Source of the DNA: Candidatus Aenigmatarchaeota archaeon
GTDB taxonomy: Archaea > Aenigmatarchaeota > Aenigmatarchaeia > CG10238-14 > SCSR01
DNA: 64,000 nucleotides
NCBI GenBank assembly: GCA_030615205.1
Contig: JAUWZS010000002.1
Location: 200,082 to 264,081 of the forward strand
Direction: 5' to 3'
In this document: piece by piece, positions 28,697 through 39,031 of the stretch
Position numbering within the stretch: the stretch's first letter is position 1
How the letters are laid out: every line of letters begins with the position of its first letter
Position numbers and translations under genes: made by a program
Notes under the pieces: model-generated
Seen by the model: the letters and a program-made list of their open reading frames with translations, nothing else
Databases searched by the model: none
What the model was told of the DNA's origin: nothing

Positions 28697-30259
28697 TTAT
28701 CTCTTTGACGTCCTTCTTTTTGGCTTTATTTTTAGTTTTATTTTTGGTCGTGTTATTCCGAATGTTCTACCAGCAATTTTTATCATTTTAAGATCTTCAC
28801 GCGTTAGATAGCCAGTCAAACGCAGCAAAGCAGTAAACAGCACTATGCTGACAACAACCCCAAGCAGTATGAAAAGTAGGTTCGATTTTGGCACAAGGAA
28901 AAGTACGAATGCCATTATTGCTGTGGGCAGCAAAACCTTTGGGAGATTGTTGTAAACAGATACCTTCAATTCTTTTTTAAGGAAATATGGAACTAGTAGC
29001 ATTGATGTGAAACCTGTAAGCGTCAGGGCAAGAGCAGCGCCGGTGAACCCAAACAAAGGTACGAGTACGAACAGCGATAAACTGTATTGTATAGCGGCTG
29101 CAGACATCAATAGCCCAGAAAGTTTTGGTTTGCCCATTCCTACAAGTACTGATGATAGGTTGTAGCTGAACATAAGCATAAAGGTACCGATTATCAGAAT
29201 CTGCAACGGTATTACGGCTCCTGCAAAAGCGGCTCCGTATACTACAAGAATAAGCGGTTGTGCCATTGATAAAATAATCAAGGTTAAAGGTATCCCTATG
29301 AGCAAAGGATATTTTATTGCTATTTTTACATATTTTCCCAGCAACTGCTTGTCTCTTTTTGCGTAAGCTTCTGCTATGGCCGGGATTATTGGTAATGAGA
29401 AAGAAGTCATATAAAATAGTATGCTCGATGTTGTGTCAGCCACGCTGTATACACCCACATCTGCATAATCAAAAAACATCTTTATCACAACTATATCTAA
29501 ACTCTTCATAACATTGAAAGATATCATGGCGAGAGATACGAAAAAGCCAAAACCAAAAATTTTAGCGAACTGCCTAAAATCCTTTGACATCCCAACTCTT
29601 TTGCTACGAAAGAGCTCGCCTATGCTAAATGGGAACAGCTTCCCCAAGCGCGATCTAAGAAAATAAGCAGAAATTGCGAGCTGCCAAACAGTACCAACAA
29701 CTAATAACACAGGTAACGTGTAAGATGGAAAGCCAAACGATATTAGCATGACTCCAACAACGAGTATTATTATGATTTTACTAGAATCTATAATCGAGAG
29801 ATAATTGCTCTTCTGGAAAGAGCCCAGCACAGAAGCCAAAGCATCTTTGGTTCCTGAAAAAAGAAAAGATACGCCAATTGAGAGCACCGTTATCTTCATT
29901 ATCGGGTCAGGTATATGAAAAGCGAGGACTACCAATATAAGAAACACAATAACGCCAATTGCGGTCAGGTATTTTAAAGCAGTTGAGAAATAGCTGCCGA
30001 GTTCCCATCCTCTTTTTACAACATATTCAGAACCATATTTTATCAAACCTCCAAACAGTCCGCCAAAAATGAAGGCCCATGCAAAAGTGTACAGAGATTG
30101 CGCAGTATTAAATATACCATATCCAACCGGCCCGTAAGTTCTGCTTACTATAACGCTCCAAACCCAGCCAAAAATACCACAAAGCACCATAAGCGTTAAA
30201 AACCACACGCCACCTGCAACGAGTCGTTCTGGTCCAGATTGATCAAAAACATCTTTCAT
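28697..30259 (-). CDS. Flippase (Wzx/MOP superfamily)
   Basis: About 14 TM helices; SRTYGPVGYG and DIVVIKMF..ADVGVYSVA motifs. Confidence 0.9.
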   Translation of the reverse strand: MKDVFDQSGPERLVAGGVWFLTLMVLCGIFGWVWSVIVSRTYGPVGYGIFNTAQSLYTFAWAFIFGGLFGGLIKYGSEYVVKRGWELGSYFSTALKYLTAIGVIVFLILVVLAFHIPDPIMKITVLSIGVSFLFSGTKDALASVLGSFQKSNYLSIIDSSKIIIILVVGVMLISFGFPSYTLPVLLVVGTVWQLAISAYFLRSRLGKLFPFSIGELFRSKRVGMSKDFRQFAKIFGFGFFVSLAMISFNVMKSLDIVVIKMFFDYADVGVYSVADTTSSILFYMTSFSLPIIPAIAEAYAKRDKQLLGKYVKIAIKYPLLIGIPLTLIILSMAQPLILVVYGAAFAGAVIPLQILIIGTFMLMFSYNLSSVLVGMGKPKLSGLLMSAAAIQYSLSLFVLVPLFGFTGAALALTLTGFTSMLLVPYFLKKELKVSVYNNLPKVLLPTAIMAFVLFLVPKSNLLFILLGVVVSIVLFTALLRLTGYLTREDLKMIKIAGRTFGITRPKIKLKIKPKRRTSKR

Positions 30260-30337
30260 ATATTATTATTATTTTTGGAAGAATTATTATTCTTTAGAAA
30301 GTATTTTTATCCAACTGATTAATATTATTCAGGTGAT

Positions 30338-30634
30338 TTGTTGAAGACATTGAGAAAAATTGATCCGATGTCTACCGCAAAAGTATCAGCTATAGGAGGA
30401 GTTATCTGGGGACTAATAGTCGGGATACTAATGGTCGTCGGTACAGGTGTCACAGAATACATGGGAAGATTTTTCATGGGTTATCAAAGATTGATGCCCA
30501 TAGGAGGAACTGTTGCCCTGATAGCATTGCCGATAGCATACGGGATAACAGGCCTCATAGGCGGTTACATCGTTGCTTTAGTGTATAACTTCATTGCAGA
30601 GAAATTCGGCGGCATAAAAATTGATCTAAAATAA
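30338..30634 (+). CDS. Small membrane protein (DUF3566-like)
   Basis: LRKIDPMS.AK ... YNFIAEKFGGIKIDL. Confidence 0.75.
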   Translation: MLKTLRKIDPMSTAKVSAIGGVIWGLIVGILMVVGTGVTEYMGRFFMGYQRLMPIGGTVALIALPIAYGITGLIGGYIVALVYNFIAEKFGGIKIDLK

Positions 30635-30688
30635 ATCTTTTAAATTTTTTTCTTTTTTATTTTGATTTCAGGTCGTGCGTGGCTAATT

Positions 30689-31039
30689 ATGAAACATAAA
30701 ATTTACACAGATGGTTCTGGTGACGGTCGGATGGCTTGGTACAATGAAACTACAAACAAAAGCTGGTCTGGCCAACAACAAGGCTTGACAAATAATGAAG
30801 CGGAATACACCGCGGTGTATAAAGCATTAGAAGCGGTGCAAACGAAGGGCTCTGAAATCGAAATCCTCTCAGATTCGAAACTTGTTGTGAACCAGTTGAA
30901 GCGGCAGTGGCATATAAAGGATGATAGGATGCGTGAATTCTTTGATAAGATACACAAGCTCATTCAAGAAAAAGGACTAAAGGTCGAATTCAATTGGGTG
31001 GCCAGAAAAGATAATCCTGCAGGCAAATATCTAGGCTAA
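30689..31039 (+). CDS. rnhA: Ribonuclease HI family protein
   Basis: IYTDGS, TNNEAEY, DSKLVVNQ and WVARKDN motifs; the ATG at 30689 is the preferred start. Confidence 0.88.
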   Translation: MKHKIYTDGSGDGRMAWYNETTNKSWSGQQQGLTNNEAEYTAVYKALEAVQTKGSEIEILSDSKLVVNQLKRQWHIKDDRMREFFDKIHKLIQEKGLKVEFNWVARKDNPAGKYLG

Positions 31040-31058
31040 TGTATAACATAAATTGAGC

Positions 31059-31589
31059 TCAACAGTAATCTTCTCCTGATTCTTGTTTGATCCTTGCTAT
31101 TGCTGTTCCTTTTTCTATCTTTTTGTGGATCTCTTCAAGCTCAGGCGGTATTTCTATGCCCTGCTTCTTGTAGAATTTGTAGATTGCTTCATACAATGCA
31201 TCAGTTGAAAGAAGCGAGCAGTGGACCTTGATTTTCGGCAGACCCCCAAGCGCGCCATTGACATTGTGCCTTGTTATTTTCAGTGCTTCCTTTAGTGTCT
31301 TCCCTTTAGCAAGCTCGGTAATCATACTGCCTGTAGCAACAGCTGCTGCGCATCCAAAACTCTGGAATTTTATGTCTTTTATGTAAAATTCGTTATTCTC
31401 GTTTTTATCGATCTTGAGATAGACCCAAAGTTCATCCCCGCAGATTGGACTGCCTACTTTGGCTACAGAGTCCGCATCCTCGATCTCGCCCATATTATTC
31501 GGATTACGGAAATGTTTTATAACTTCCTCTGTGTACGGGCCGTACCTGCTTTTCTTTATTTTTGCTTTTGTCTTTTCTTCAGGCATCAT
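31059..31589 (-). CDS. iscU: Fe-S scaffold protein IscU/NifU
   Basis: HFRNPNNMG, CGD, FGCAAA and KVHCS motifs. Confidence 0.93.
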   Translation of the reverse strand: MMPEEKTKAKIKKSRYGPYTEEVIKHFRNPNNMGEIEDADSVAKVGSPICGDELWVYLKIDKNENNEFYIKDIKFQSFGCAAAVATGSMITELAKGKTLKEALKITRHNVNGALGGLPKIKVHCSLLSTDALYEAIYKFYKKQGIEIPPELEEIHKKIEKGTAIARIKQESGEDYC

Positions 31590-31594
31590 AAATA

Positions 31595-31616
31595 TATAAC
31601 AGTGTTATAATTTAAA
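31595..31616. promoter_or_regulatory. Palindromic operator TATAACAGTGTTATA next to the iscU TATA box
   Basis: An identical 22-mer occurs at the sufS promoter (48637-48658). Confidence 0.8.
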
Positions 31617-31633
31617 TGTTATTGCAACAAGAT

Positions 31634-31701
31634 TTATTAAACGCTAAAACTTATTAAACGCATCAAACATTTAACTCATAGATGCATTTAACTCATAGAT
31701 G
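31634..31701. repeat. Tandem duplications (TTATTAAACGC x2; CATTTAACTCATAGATG x2) in the aIF2a promoter region
   Basis: Seen directly in the sequence. Confidence 0.6.
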
Positions 31702-31743
31702 GAATAATTAATTGAGTGTAATGATTAATTGGATATGTTTCAA

Positions 31744-32574
31744 ATGGTAAAGAAAAAAGGATTACCGAAATGGGGCGAACATGTGCTTTGCACGGCCACT
31801 CGTATTACGCCTTTTGCTGCTTGGTGTACGCTGGATGAGTACGAGGGAGAAGATGGCTCTCGCATAGAATGCATGATACATATTTCTGAGGTTGCTGGAA
31901 AATGGGTCAAGGATATACGCGATTTTGTAAAGCCCAACAAACGATATATAGCAAAAGTAATCCGCATCGATTATCAGAAAGGCCATTTGAATCTTAGCCT
32001 GAAGCGAGTCAGCAAATTCGACAAAAAAGAAGCTATGGAAAAATATCGACGAACGAAGCGGGCAGCTGGAATGCTTATGCGAGCTACGAAACGTGTTGGA
32101 AAAACAGAAAGTGATGCGCACGATGAGGTCGTAGCCAAACTAGAAAAAATATTTTACGAAAAAAGGCCTGAAGCTGAGGGTAAGTTCGCTGAGAAGTTCG
32201 ATTTATTTTATGCATTCGAGGAAACAAATGAAGACCCAAGCACACTGACAGAAGCTGGAATAACAAAAGAATGGGCTGATGCGCTTGTAGAAATTATAAA
32301 GAAAAACTTCCGTGTGAAAGAAAGAACGCTCAAAGCAGTCTTAAACTTGACCAGCATAGCTCCAGATGGTGTGAAAATAATAAAGAAAGTTTTGTCAAAT
32401 TTGGAAAAGACAACTGGCATGAATGTGAAATATATATCAGCACCAAGATACAGCGTGGATATAAAATCGAAAAATCCTAAAGAAGCTGAAAAGAGATTGA
32501 AAGAAGGATTAGAAGGAGCAATTAAGGAAATCAAAGCAGCAGGCGGCGATGGAAGTTATAAGTTGATGAAATAA
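31744..32574 (+). CDS. eif2a: Translation initiation factor aIF2 alpha
   Basis: S1 domain IHISEVAGKWVKDIRD, LSLKRV and YISAPRY. The exact start (31729, 31735 or 31744) is uncertain. Confidence 0.93.
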   Translation: MVKKKGLPKWGEHVLCTATRITPFAAWCTLDEYEGEDGSRIECMIHISEVAGKWVKDIRDFVKPNKRYIAKVIRIDYQKGHLNLSLKRVSKFDKKEAMEKYRRTKRAAGMLMRATKRVGKTESDAHDEVVAKLEKIFYEKRPEAEGKFAEKFDLFYAFEETNEDPSTLTEAGITKEWADALVEIIKKNFRVKERTLKAVLNLTSIAPDGVKIIKKVLSNLEKTTGMNVKYISAPRYSVDIKSKNPKEAEKRLKEGLEGAIKEIKAAGGDGSYKLMK

Positions 32575-32594
32575 GTTGATGGTAAGCTGGTGAA

Positions 32595-32768
32595 ATGAAA
32601 ATTAAAAAATGCGATTCCTGCGGAACGTATACTATGAAAGACTTATGCCCGAAATGCGACAAACCAACAAAACATCCACAACCACCAAGATTCTCTCCTG
32701 AAGATAAATACGGGAAATGGAGAAGACTAGAAAAGATTAAGCAAATGAGGGAGCACGAAAGAAGGTGA
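32595..32768 (+). CDS. nop10: H/ACA RNP protein Nop10
   Basis: MKIKKCDSCGTYTMKDLCPKC...HPQPPRFSPEDKYGKWR, in its usual position after aIF2a. Confidence 0.93.
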   Translation: MKIKKCDSCGTYTMKDLCPKCDKPTKHPQPPRFSPEDKYGKWRRLEKIKQMREHERR

Positions 32769-32801
32769 AATATTAAATCTCTTTAAAGAGACAGTTTAAT
32801 T

Positions 32802-33333
32802 ATGTTAATTCTTGTTGCAGGATTGCCAGGAGTAGGTAAGACAACTGTCGGGAAGAGTATTGCTGAAAAGTTAAAAGCTGTGTTTTTTGAGGAAGATACA
32901 ATAAAACATAAGCTCGTACCAGAAGTTCTTGGTGAAAGAAAGTTCAGATGGCATATAGAACACTTAAATATTCCCACATTATGTCAGAAAGATGGTCTAT
33001 GAAAAGGTTTGTGATGAGTTAGAAAAATTGCTTAAAGAAAGGAAAGATGTTGTTGTGGAAGCAACCTTCTCTAATAAGGAATTTAGGCAGATGGTTTATG
33101 ATTTGGCCAATAAAGTTAAAGCAAAAACTCACATAGTTAAGATAGTTTGTCCAGAAGACATAGTAAAACAAAGAATGGATAAAAGGCACGAGGAGACTGG
33201 GCATCCGGCAAGATATGGTATACATTTGGAAATAAAGAAAATATGGGAACCAATCGAAGAAGAGCATTTTATAATTAATACAAACAAAAATATAGAAAGT
33301 CAGGTGAGTGAGTTTATTAACTCATTAAAGTGA
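32802..33333 (+). pseudogene. P-loop kinase (AAA_33-like), frameshifted near 32972-32977
   Basis: GLPGVGKTT lies in the first frame and VVVEATF...CPEDIVKQRM in the second. One extra base at ATTCCCACAT separates them. Confidence 0.75.
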
Positions 33334-33376
33334 TATTTTTAACAGATTTTTAACTTATAAGAAACAAAATAATAAT

Positions 33377-34195
33377 ATGACTACTCGCATTGTTGAATTA
33401 AAAAAGCCGAGATTGAAAAATCCTGTTTTTATAGGAGGGCTGCCTGGTGTTGGCAATGTCGGACGGATTGCTGCTGGTTACTTGGTGGAAGAGCTAAAAG
33501 CGGTCAAATTTGCCGAGCTCTATAGTTCTCATTTCATGCCCTTTGTGCTCGTACAACAAGGCTCGACCGTGCACGTCTTGAAGAATGAATTTTATTATTG
33601 GAAACCTAAACGACGCAAGCGCGGCCAGCGGGACTTGGTAATTTTAATCGGAGACTCGCAAAGCATTGACCCAGAAGGGCATTACGAGGTTGTCGAAGAG
33701 ATTTTGAGTTATATAAAGAAGCTTGGCATTAAGCAGATGTTTAATCTTGCCGGGCTTGGCGTAGGCGAGAAAAAAGATAAACCAGAAGTTATCGGTGTTG
33801 TGAATAACCCAAAGCTAATCAAAAAATATAGAAAATATGGAATAAAATTTGATACTGGTGACAGAGTTGGCACTATTGTCGGAGCAGCTGGTCTGCTACT
33901 GGGTCTTGGCGCAGGTATTGGAATTAACGGCCTCTGCCTGCTCGGGGAAACTTCGGGCGCTCCCCTCATACCTGATCCTAAAGCCGCAGAATCTGTATTA
34001 AACACGCTCACAAAAATACTAAAAATCAAAGTCGACACCAGCAAAATACAGAAGAAAGTAAAGGAGATGGAAGGATTCATACAACGCATGGAAAAGATGC
34101 AAAGAAGAGCACTTATGCAGCTGATGAAAGGCCGTATGGGTAAACCGACTGGAAAAGAAAAAGAAGAAGAGGAAGAGCTAAGTTATATTGGATAA
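33377..34195 (+). CDS. Proteasome assembly chaperone (PAC2 family)
   Basis: GLPGVGNVGRIA, GDSQ, IVGAAGLLLG and PDPKAA motifs; conserved aIF2a-nop10 neighbourhood. Confidence 0.9.
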   Translation: MTTRIVELKKPRLKNPVFIGGLPGVGNVGRIAAGYLVEELKAVKFAELYSSHFMPFVLVQQGSTVHVLKNEFYYWKPKRRKRGQRDLVILIGDSQSIDPEGHYEVVEEILSYIKKLGIKQMFNLAGLGVGEKKDKPEVIGVVNNPKLIKKYRKYGIKFDTGDRVGTIVGAAGLLLGLGAGIGINGLCLLGETSGAPLIPDPKAAESVLNTLTKILKIKVDTSKIQKKVKEMEGFIQRMEKMQRRALMQLMKGRMGKPTGKEKEEEEELSYIG

Positions 34196-34243
34196 ACATT
34201 TTCAACTTGCAAAACATGTACAAGTTCTAGAACAGGAAAATTT

Positions 34244-34264
34244 GAACAAAAATCTATCTGATTC
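34244..34264. repeat. GAACAAAAATCTATCTGATTC motif (outlier copy)
   Basis: Matches the copies at 44793 and 45158. Confidence 0.8.
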
Positions 34265-34270
34265 TGCTAG

Positions 34271-34960
34271 CTAGTCTTTTAATCTTCCGGAAAGTTTCAC
34301 TTTTCTCTCAACATATTTCCTAATTTTCTTAATTATCTTTACATCAATGCCCAATCTTTTCGCAATTTCTTCATTCGACAACTTTAATAGCTCTTGCAAC
34401 CCTTTTTCAGAATAAAGTGGGTGTATCCTCTTAATTAATTTTTTAATTTGTTTGTCGTCTCCATCTTTTATGTTTTTAAAGAACGCGTGTGTCAATTCAG
34501 TAAAATCATTTTCAATACCAAGTATTTTATAGAATATACTGTGAGCGTCGAATGCCCTAACACCGATAAATTTTATTCTGTAACCTTTCCCCATAACCTT
34601 CTTGAATATTATTTTAGCTCGCCGTAAATGGTAACCAGATGTAACAAGTGCTATATTCCTCCATTTATTTGGTTTTAATATCCTTTGTTTGATGAAGAAT
34701 GCATTCCCTATAGTGTCTGTGGATGTATCCTCTTTAATGATGTCTCTTTTCTCAATGCCTCTGGAAACAGCATACTGTTTCATCGCTTCTGCTTCAGTTA
34801 TCTTCAGCTTACTATTACTTAGACCACCACACATGATTAGCTTAGATTCAGGGGAATTACTATACAAACTGATGGCAGTGTCAAGTCTGGATTTTAATAC
34901 GCTTGGTAATTTTTTCTTGTCTTTGAGCGTAAAACCCAGTACAATTATGCAGTCGAACAT
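34271..34960 (-). CDS. YdcF/DUF218 family protein
   Basis: IIVLG, SRLD.A, CGG, TEAEAM, STDTIGNA and VTSGYHLRRA motifs. Confidence 0.9.
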   Translation of the reverse strand: MFDCIIVLGFTLKDKKKLPSVLKSRLDTAISLYSNSPESKLIMCGGLSNSKLKITEAEAMKQYAVSRGIEKRDIIKEDTSTDTIGNAFFIKQRILKPNKWRNIALVTSGYHLRRAKIIFKKVMGKGYRIKFIGVRAFDAHSIFYKILGIENDFTELTHAFFKNIKDGDDKQIKKLIKRIHPLYSEKGLQELLKLSNEEIAKRLGIDVKIIKKIRKYVERKVKLSGRLKD

Positions 34961-35014
34961 GCTAAAGCCGCCTCATACCAATATTTATAAAACTACAACA
35001 ACAAATAAAGGACT

Positions 35015-35704
35015 ATGTCAGAAGAATTTCTGGTCCCACAGGAGAGATACTTAGCATCTGGTATACACATCGGGACAAAGCAACGCACAAAGCAAATGCG
35101 GCATTTTGTCTATAAAATAAGACCGGACGGCCTTGCTGTTATGAATTTGCGGATAATAGACGAAAGGATAAGAATCGCAGCTAAATTCTTGGCCCGTGCA
35201 AAGAAAATTCTTGTTGTAAGCAGAAAGAGCGTTGCACATCATGCAATAGAAAAATTTTCAGAGTTAGTTGGAGCGAAAACCGTAAAAGGAAGGTTTATGC
35301 CAGGCATGCTCACAAACCCGCATTATGAAAACTTTTATGAGGCCGATGTTGTTTTGATTATTGATCCTATGTCAGATTATCAAGTTTTGAATGAGGCTGT
35401 TACTGCCCGTGTGCCCATTGTGGCAATATGTGATACACTCAACGAAACAAACGATGTAGATATCGTCATTCCTGCGAACAACAAAGGCATACGCTCTATA
35501 ACATTGCTTTTTTGGCTTCTTGCAAAGGAGATCCTAAAGGAGCGTGGGGAAATAAAAGCAGACGAGGATTTCAAGCATAAAATTGAGGATTTCGCAAAAG
35601 AGGGCGCTTTCAGAGAGTCGCGTGAGCGAGGGAGAGGCTATGAGCGGAGGGAGTACACACGCCCTAGACGAGGTTTTACTAGACCCAGAAGTCGCCGGAA
35701 ATAA
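35015..35704 (+). CDS. rps2: 30S ribosomal protein uS2
   Basis: YLASGIHIGT, GRFMPGMLTNP and IPANNKG motifs. Confidence 0.96.
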   Translation: MSEEFLVPQERYLASGIHIGTKQRTKQMRHFVYKIRPDGLAVMNLRIIDERIRIAAKFLARAKKILVVSRKSVAHHAIEKFSELVGAKTVKGRFMPGMLTNPHYENFYEADVVLIIDPMSDYQVLNEAVTARVPIVAICDTLNETNDVDIVIPANNKGIRSITLLFWLLAKEILKERGEIKADEDFKHKIEDFAKEGAFRESRERGRGYERREYTRPRRGFTRPRSRRK

Positions 35705-35906
35705 ACAATTGAATGTATTTTTTTATAAATTTTTCTAAAATCGCTCAGAACAACCGAGCAGTCATTTCACATTTTTATCATATAATTCGAAGGAACCAAA
35801 TCAATATTTAAAGAGGCGTTAAATTTCTTATCACGCGCTCGGAAAAACATATTTTTCCGTAAGAGATAAAAGACGCGTTTTATTTATTAATCGAAGGTAT
35901 CGATTA

Positions 35907-38021
35907 ATGCTCATTGGTAATTCCATGGCAAAAATTTCTAAGGTAAAAAAACGTGATGGGAGAATAGTCGATTTTGACAAAAGCAAGATAGCAGCTGCAA
36001 TATGGAAAGCTGCAGAATCTGTTGGTGGTAAAGACAGGAAAAGGGCAGACGAGCTGGCGGATATTGTAACTAAAGTTCTTGAGGAAAAGTTTGCAGGAAA
36101 GACCCCAAGCGTGGAAGATGTGCAAGATATTGTAGAAAAGGTACTTATAGACGAAGGTCATGCAGAAGTCGCCAAGGCCTATATTCTATATCGGGACAAA
36201 CGTGCTAGTGTAAGAAAAATAAAGTTGATGCTCGGCGTAGATGACGAGCTGAAGATGAGCCTGAACGCGATAAAAGTCATGGCAAGCAGGTATCTACTTA
36301 AAGACGAAAACTTGAGTGTAGTAGAAAGCACTGGACACCTGTTCAGACGCGTTGCAAAATCAATAGCTGAGCCAGAGAAAAAATATGGCGGGGCGAAGAA
36401 GGCAAAAGAATTCGAAGAAGAATTTTACAATATGATGGTTAATCGAGAGTTTATGCCTAACAGCCCAACGCTTATGAATGCTGGCACAGATTTAGGCCAG
36501 CTCAGTGCGTGCTTCGTCCTTCCGATCGAAGACTCGATAAACGGCATATTCGATTCTATAAAGCAGACCGCGATTATACATAAAACCGGCGGGGGCACAG
36601 GATTCTCTTTCTCCAAGCTCAGACCAAAGGGCGATGTTGTTAAAAGCACCGGTGGCATAGCATCTGGTCCACTGTCCTTTATGCAGGTTTTTAATGCAGC
36701 AACAGAAGTTATTAAGCAGGGCGGAAAACGACGAGGAGCAAACATGGGGATGTTACGTGTAGACCACCCTGACATACTTGAATTTATAACAGCGAAAGAG
36801 CGCGAGGGTATCTTGAGTAATTTCAACATTTCCGTTGCTGCCACAGATTCTTTTATGCGGGCTGTTGAACGCAACGGCGACTATAACATGATAAATCCTC
36901 GAACAGGTAAATCCACCAAAAGACTACCAGCACGTGCTGTTTTCAATCTAATGGTGATGATGTCTTGGAAGAACGGTGAGCCTGGAGTCATCTTTATAGA
37001 CAGAATAAACGCCCACAACCCAACATCGGAAATCGGAGATATAGAATCGACCAATCCATGCGGCGAACAACCTCTTTTGCCTTGGGAATCTTGCAATCTC
37101 GGCTCGATAAATCTTGAGAGGATTATGACAGACGGTAGGATGGATTGGGAAAAACTGCGCAAAACCGTTCGCCTGGCCGTTCGATTTCTTGACAATGTTA
37201 TAGATGTAAACAAGTACCCACTAAAGGAAATAGAAGAGATGACAAAAGCCAACCGCAAAATTGGCCTTGGCGTTATGGGATTCGCTGACATGCTCATAAA
37301 GATGCGTATACCGTACAACTCGGAAAAGGCAATAAAGGTAGCGGAAAAAATTATGAAGTTTATACAGGATGAATCGAAAAAGATGTCCGAAGAGCTAGGA
37401 AAGGAAAAGGCTTCTTTTCCCAATTTCAAAAAAAGTACTTGGGCGAAAAAGTACAAGCATATTCGCAATGCCACAACAACTACAATCGCGCCCACAGGCA
37501 CAATAAGCGTTATTGCCAATTGCTCATCAGGCATAGAGCCTATATTTGCTGTTTCTTATGTCCGCGACGTCAGCGAGAGCTTGGGACATGAGTTAGCAGA
37601 AGTCAATCCTATGTTTGAAATAATGATGATAGAACGTGGCATGTACACAGACGAGCTGATAAAAAAAATTACCCAAAGCGGCAGTATACAAAACATAAAA
37701 GAGATACCAAAAAAAGTCAGGAACATATTTGTCACTGCTTTGGACATAGAACCAGAATGGCACGTAAGGACCCAGGCTGCTTTCCAAAAATATACGGACA
37801 ATGCTGTATCAAAGACGATAAACTTTCCTAATTGGGCAACACCGCATGACGTAGAAAAGGTTTTCATGCTTTCGTGGAAACTTGGTTGCAAAGGAATAAC
37901 TGTTTATCGATACGGTAGCAGGGAAAAACAAATCCTTACGATAAAGGGTAAGGGCATTGAGAACCCGAGGGTAATTAATTCAGACGGTTATAGAGGCGGT
38001 TGCCCACATTGTACTATATAG
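35907..38021 (+). CDS. nrdJ: Class II (B12-dependent) ribonucleotide reductase with N-terminal ATP cone
   Basis: VKKRDG cone, PNSPTLMNAG, SACFV, TNPCGEQ, TIAPTGTIS and a C-terminal CPHC. Confidence 0.95.
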   Translation: MLIGNSMAKISKVKKRDGRIVDFDKSKIAAAIWKAAESVGGKDRKRADELADIVTKVLEEKFAGKTPSVEDVQDIVEKVLIDEGHAEVAKAYILYRDKRASVRKIKLMLGVDDELKMSLNAIKVMASRYLLKDENLSVVESTGHLFRRVAKSIAEPEKKYGGAKKAKEFEEEFYNMMVNREFMPNSPTLMNAGTDLGQLSACFVLPIEDSINGIFDSIKQTAIIHKTGGGTGFSFSKLRPKGDVVKSTGGIASGPLSFMQVFNAATEVIKQGGKRRGANMGMLRVDHPDILEFITAKEREGILSNFNISVAATDSFMRAVERNGDYNMINPRTGKSTKRLPARAVFNLMVMMSWKNGEPGVIFIDRINAHNPTSEIGDIESTNPCGEQPLLPWESCNLGSINLERIMTDGRMDWEKLRKTVRLAVRFLDNVIDVNKYPLKEIEEMTKANRKIGLGVMGFADMLIKMRIPYNSEKAIKVAEKIMKFIQDESKKMSEELGKEKASFPNFKKSTWAKKYKHIRNATTTTIAPTGTISVIANCSSGIEPIFAVSYVRDVSESLGHELAEVNPMFEIMMIERGMYTDELIKKITQSGSIQNIKEIPKKVRNIFVTALDIEPEWHVRTQAAFQKYTDNAVSKTINFPNWATPHDVEKVFMLSWKLGCKGITVYRYGSREKQILTIKGKGIENPRVINSDGYRGGCPHCTI

Positions 38022-38093
38022 AGCGATAGACCTAGAACACTTGATCAAGCAGCGTACCTGCATTTTTAAATTTATGAAAAATTAGTTGATTTT

Positions 38094-38405
38094 ATGAGTC
38101 CGTTGTTTGTGCTGCTTGGTTTTATTGATACGTTGGCTGCAGCTTTGATATTTTTTCCGTTCTCCGAAGCGCTTGTTTTGTATGTTATGGTCTACATGGT
38201 CGCAAAAGGCGGCTTCTTTTTCCTTTCTGGCATAGCGTCTAAAAGTATGAACCCAGTCTGCATGGGATTCTGCGTGATAGACATATTAACTGGAATCGTG
38301 CTGGGTATGATCTCCTTTGGTATTGCCTCAGCTTTCTTACAAACATTTGGTATTGTTGCATTGCTAAAAGGTTTTTATTGCCTAATAACACCAATTTTTA
38401 GTTAA
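38094..38405 (+). CDS. Small membrane protein
   Basis: Hydrophobic 103-aa ORF. Confidence 0.65.
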   Translation: MSPLFVLLGFIDTLAAALIFFPFSEALVLYVMVYMVAKGGFFFLSGIASKSMNPVCMGFCVIDILTGIVLGMISFGIASAFLQTFGIVALLKGFYCLITPIFS

Positions 38406-38443
38406 TTTAGTTAATTTTCAACTATTATATCAGAGGTTGTTGT

Positions 38444-39013
38444 ATGCCGCGAAAAAATAAAAAAAGGAAAAAAATTAAAAAAGAATTTGACGGAAAAAAA
38501 CGCGGCATGGTTTATCTCTACACAGGCACGGGCGCTGGTAAAACAACAAACGCGCTTGGTATAGCAATGCGCTGCGTGGGCCACAGACAGAAAGTAGTCG
38601 TGATCCAGTTTTTGAAATGGTGGAAGAAGACCGGCGAATATAAGATACGCAACCGCTTGAAGCCTTATTACGAAATTTATCAGTTCGGCCGAAAGGGCTG
38701 GATTGGGTTCAAGAATCTGGACGAACGAGATAAAAAACTTTCTGAGCGGGCATTCAAGTTTGCCAAAAAAGTAGTGAAGGAGAAAAAACCGCACGTTCTC
38801 ATTCTCGATGAAATAAACATTGCATTGCATCGCAAACTGCTGGACAAAAAAGAAGTTATTGATTTTCTGATGAATCTGCCGCCGACAACCGATGTCGTGC
38901 TCACTGGCCGTTATGCGCCTGAAGAGCTTTGGGATGCCGCAGATTTTGTGAATGTGATCGTAGATAACAAACATCCGAAAAAGTTAATAGCAAAAAAAGG
39001 AATACAATATTAA
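38444..39013 (+). CDS. cobO: Cob(I)alamin adenosyltransferase (CobO/BtuR)
   Basis: YTGTGAGKTT, VIQFLK, LDEIN and VLTGRYAP motifs. Confidence 0.92.
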   Translation: MPRKNKKRKKIKKEFDGKKRGMVYLYTGTGAGKTTNALGIAMRCVGHRQKVVVIQFLKWWKKTGEYKIRNRLKPYYEIYQFGRKGWIGFKNLDERDKKLSERAFKFAKKVVKEKKPHVLILDEINIALHRKLLDKKEVIDFLMNLPPTTDVVLTGRYAPEELWDAADFVNVIVDNKHPKKLIAKKGIQY

Positions 39014-39031
39014 CAATATTAAATTAAGGGT

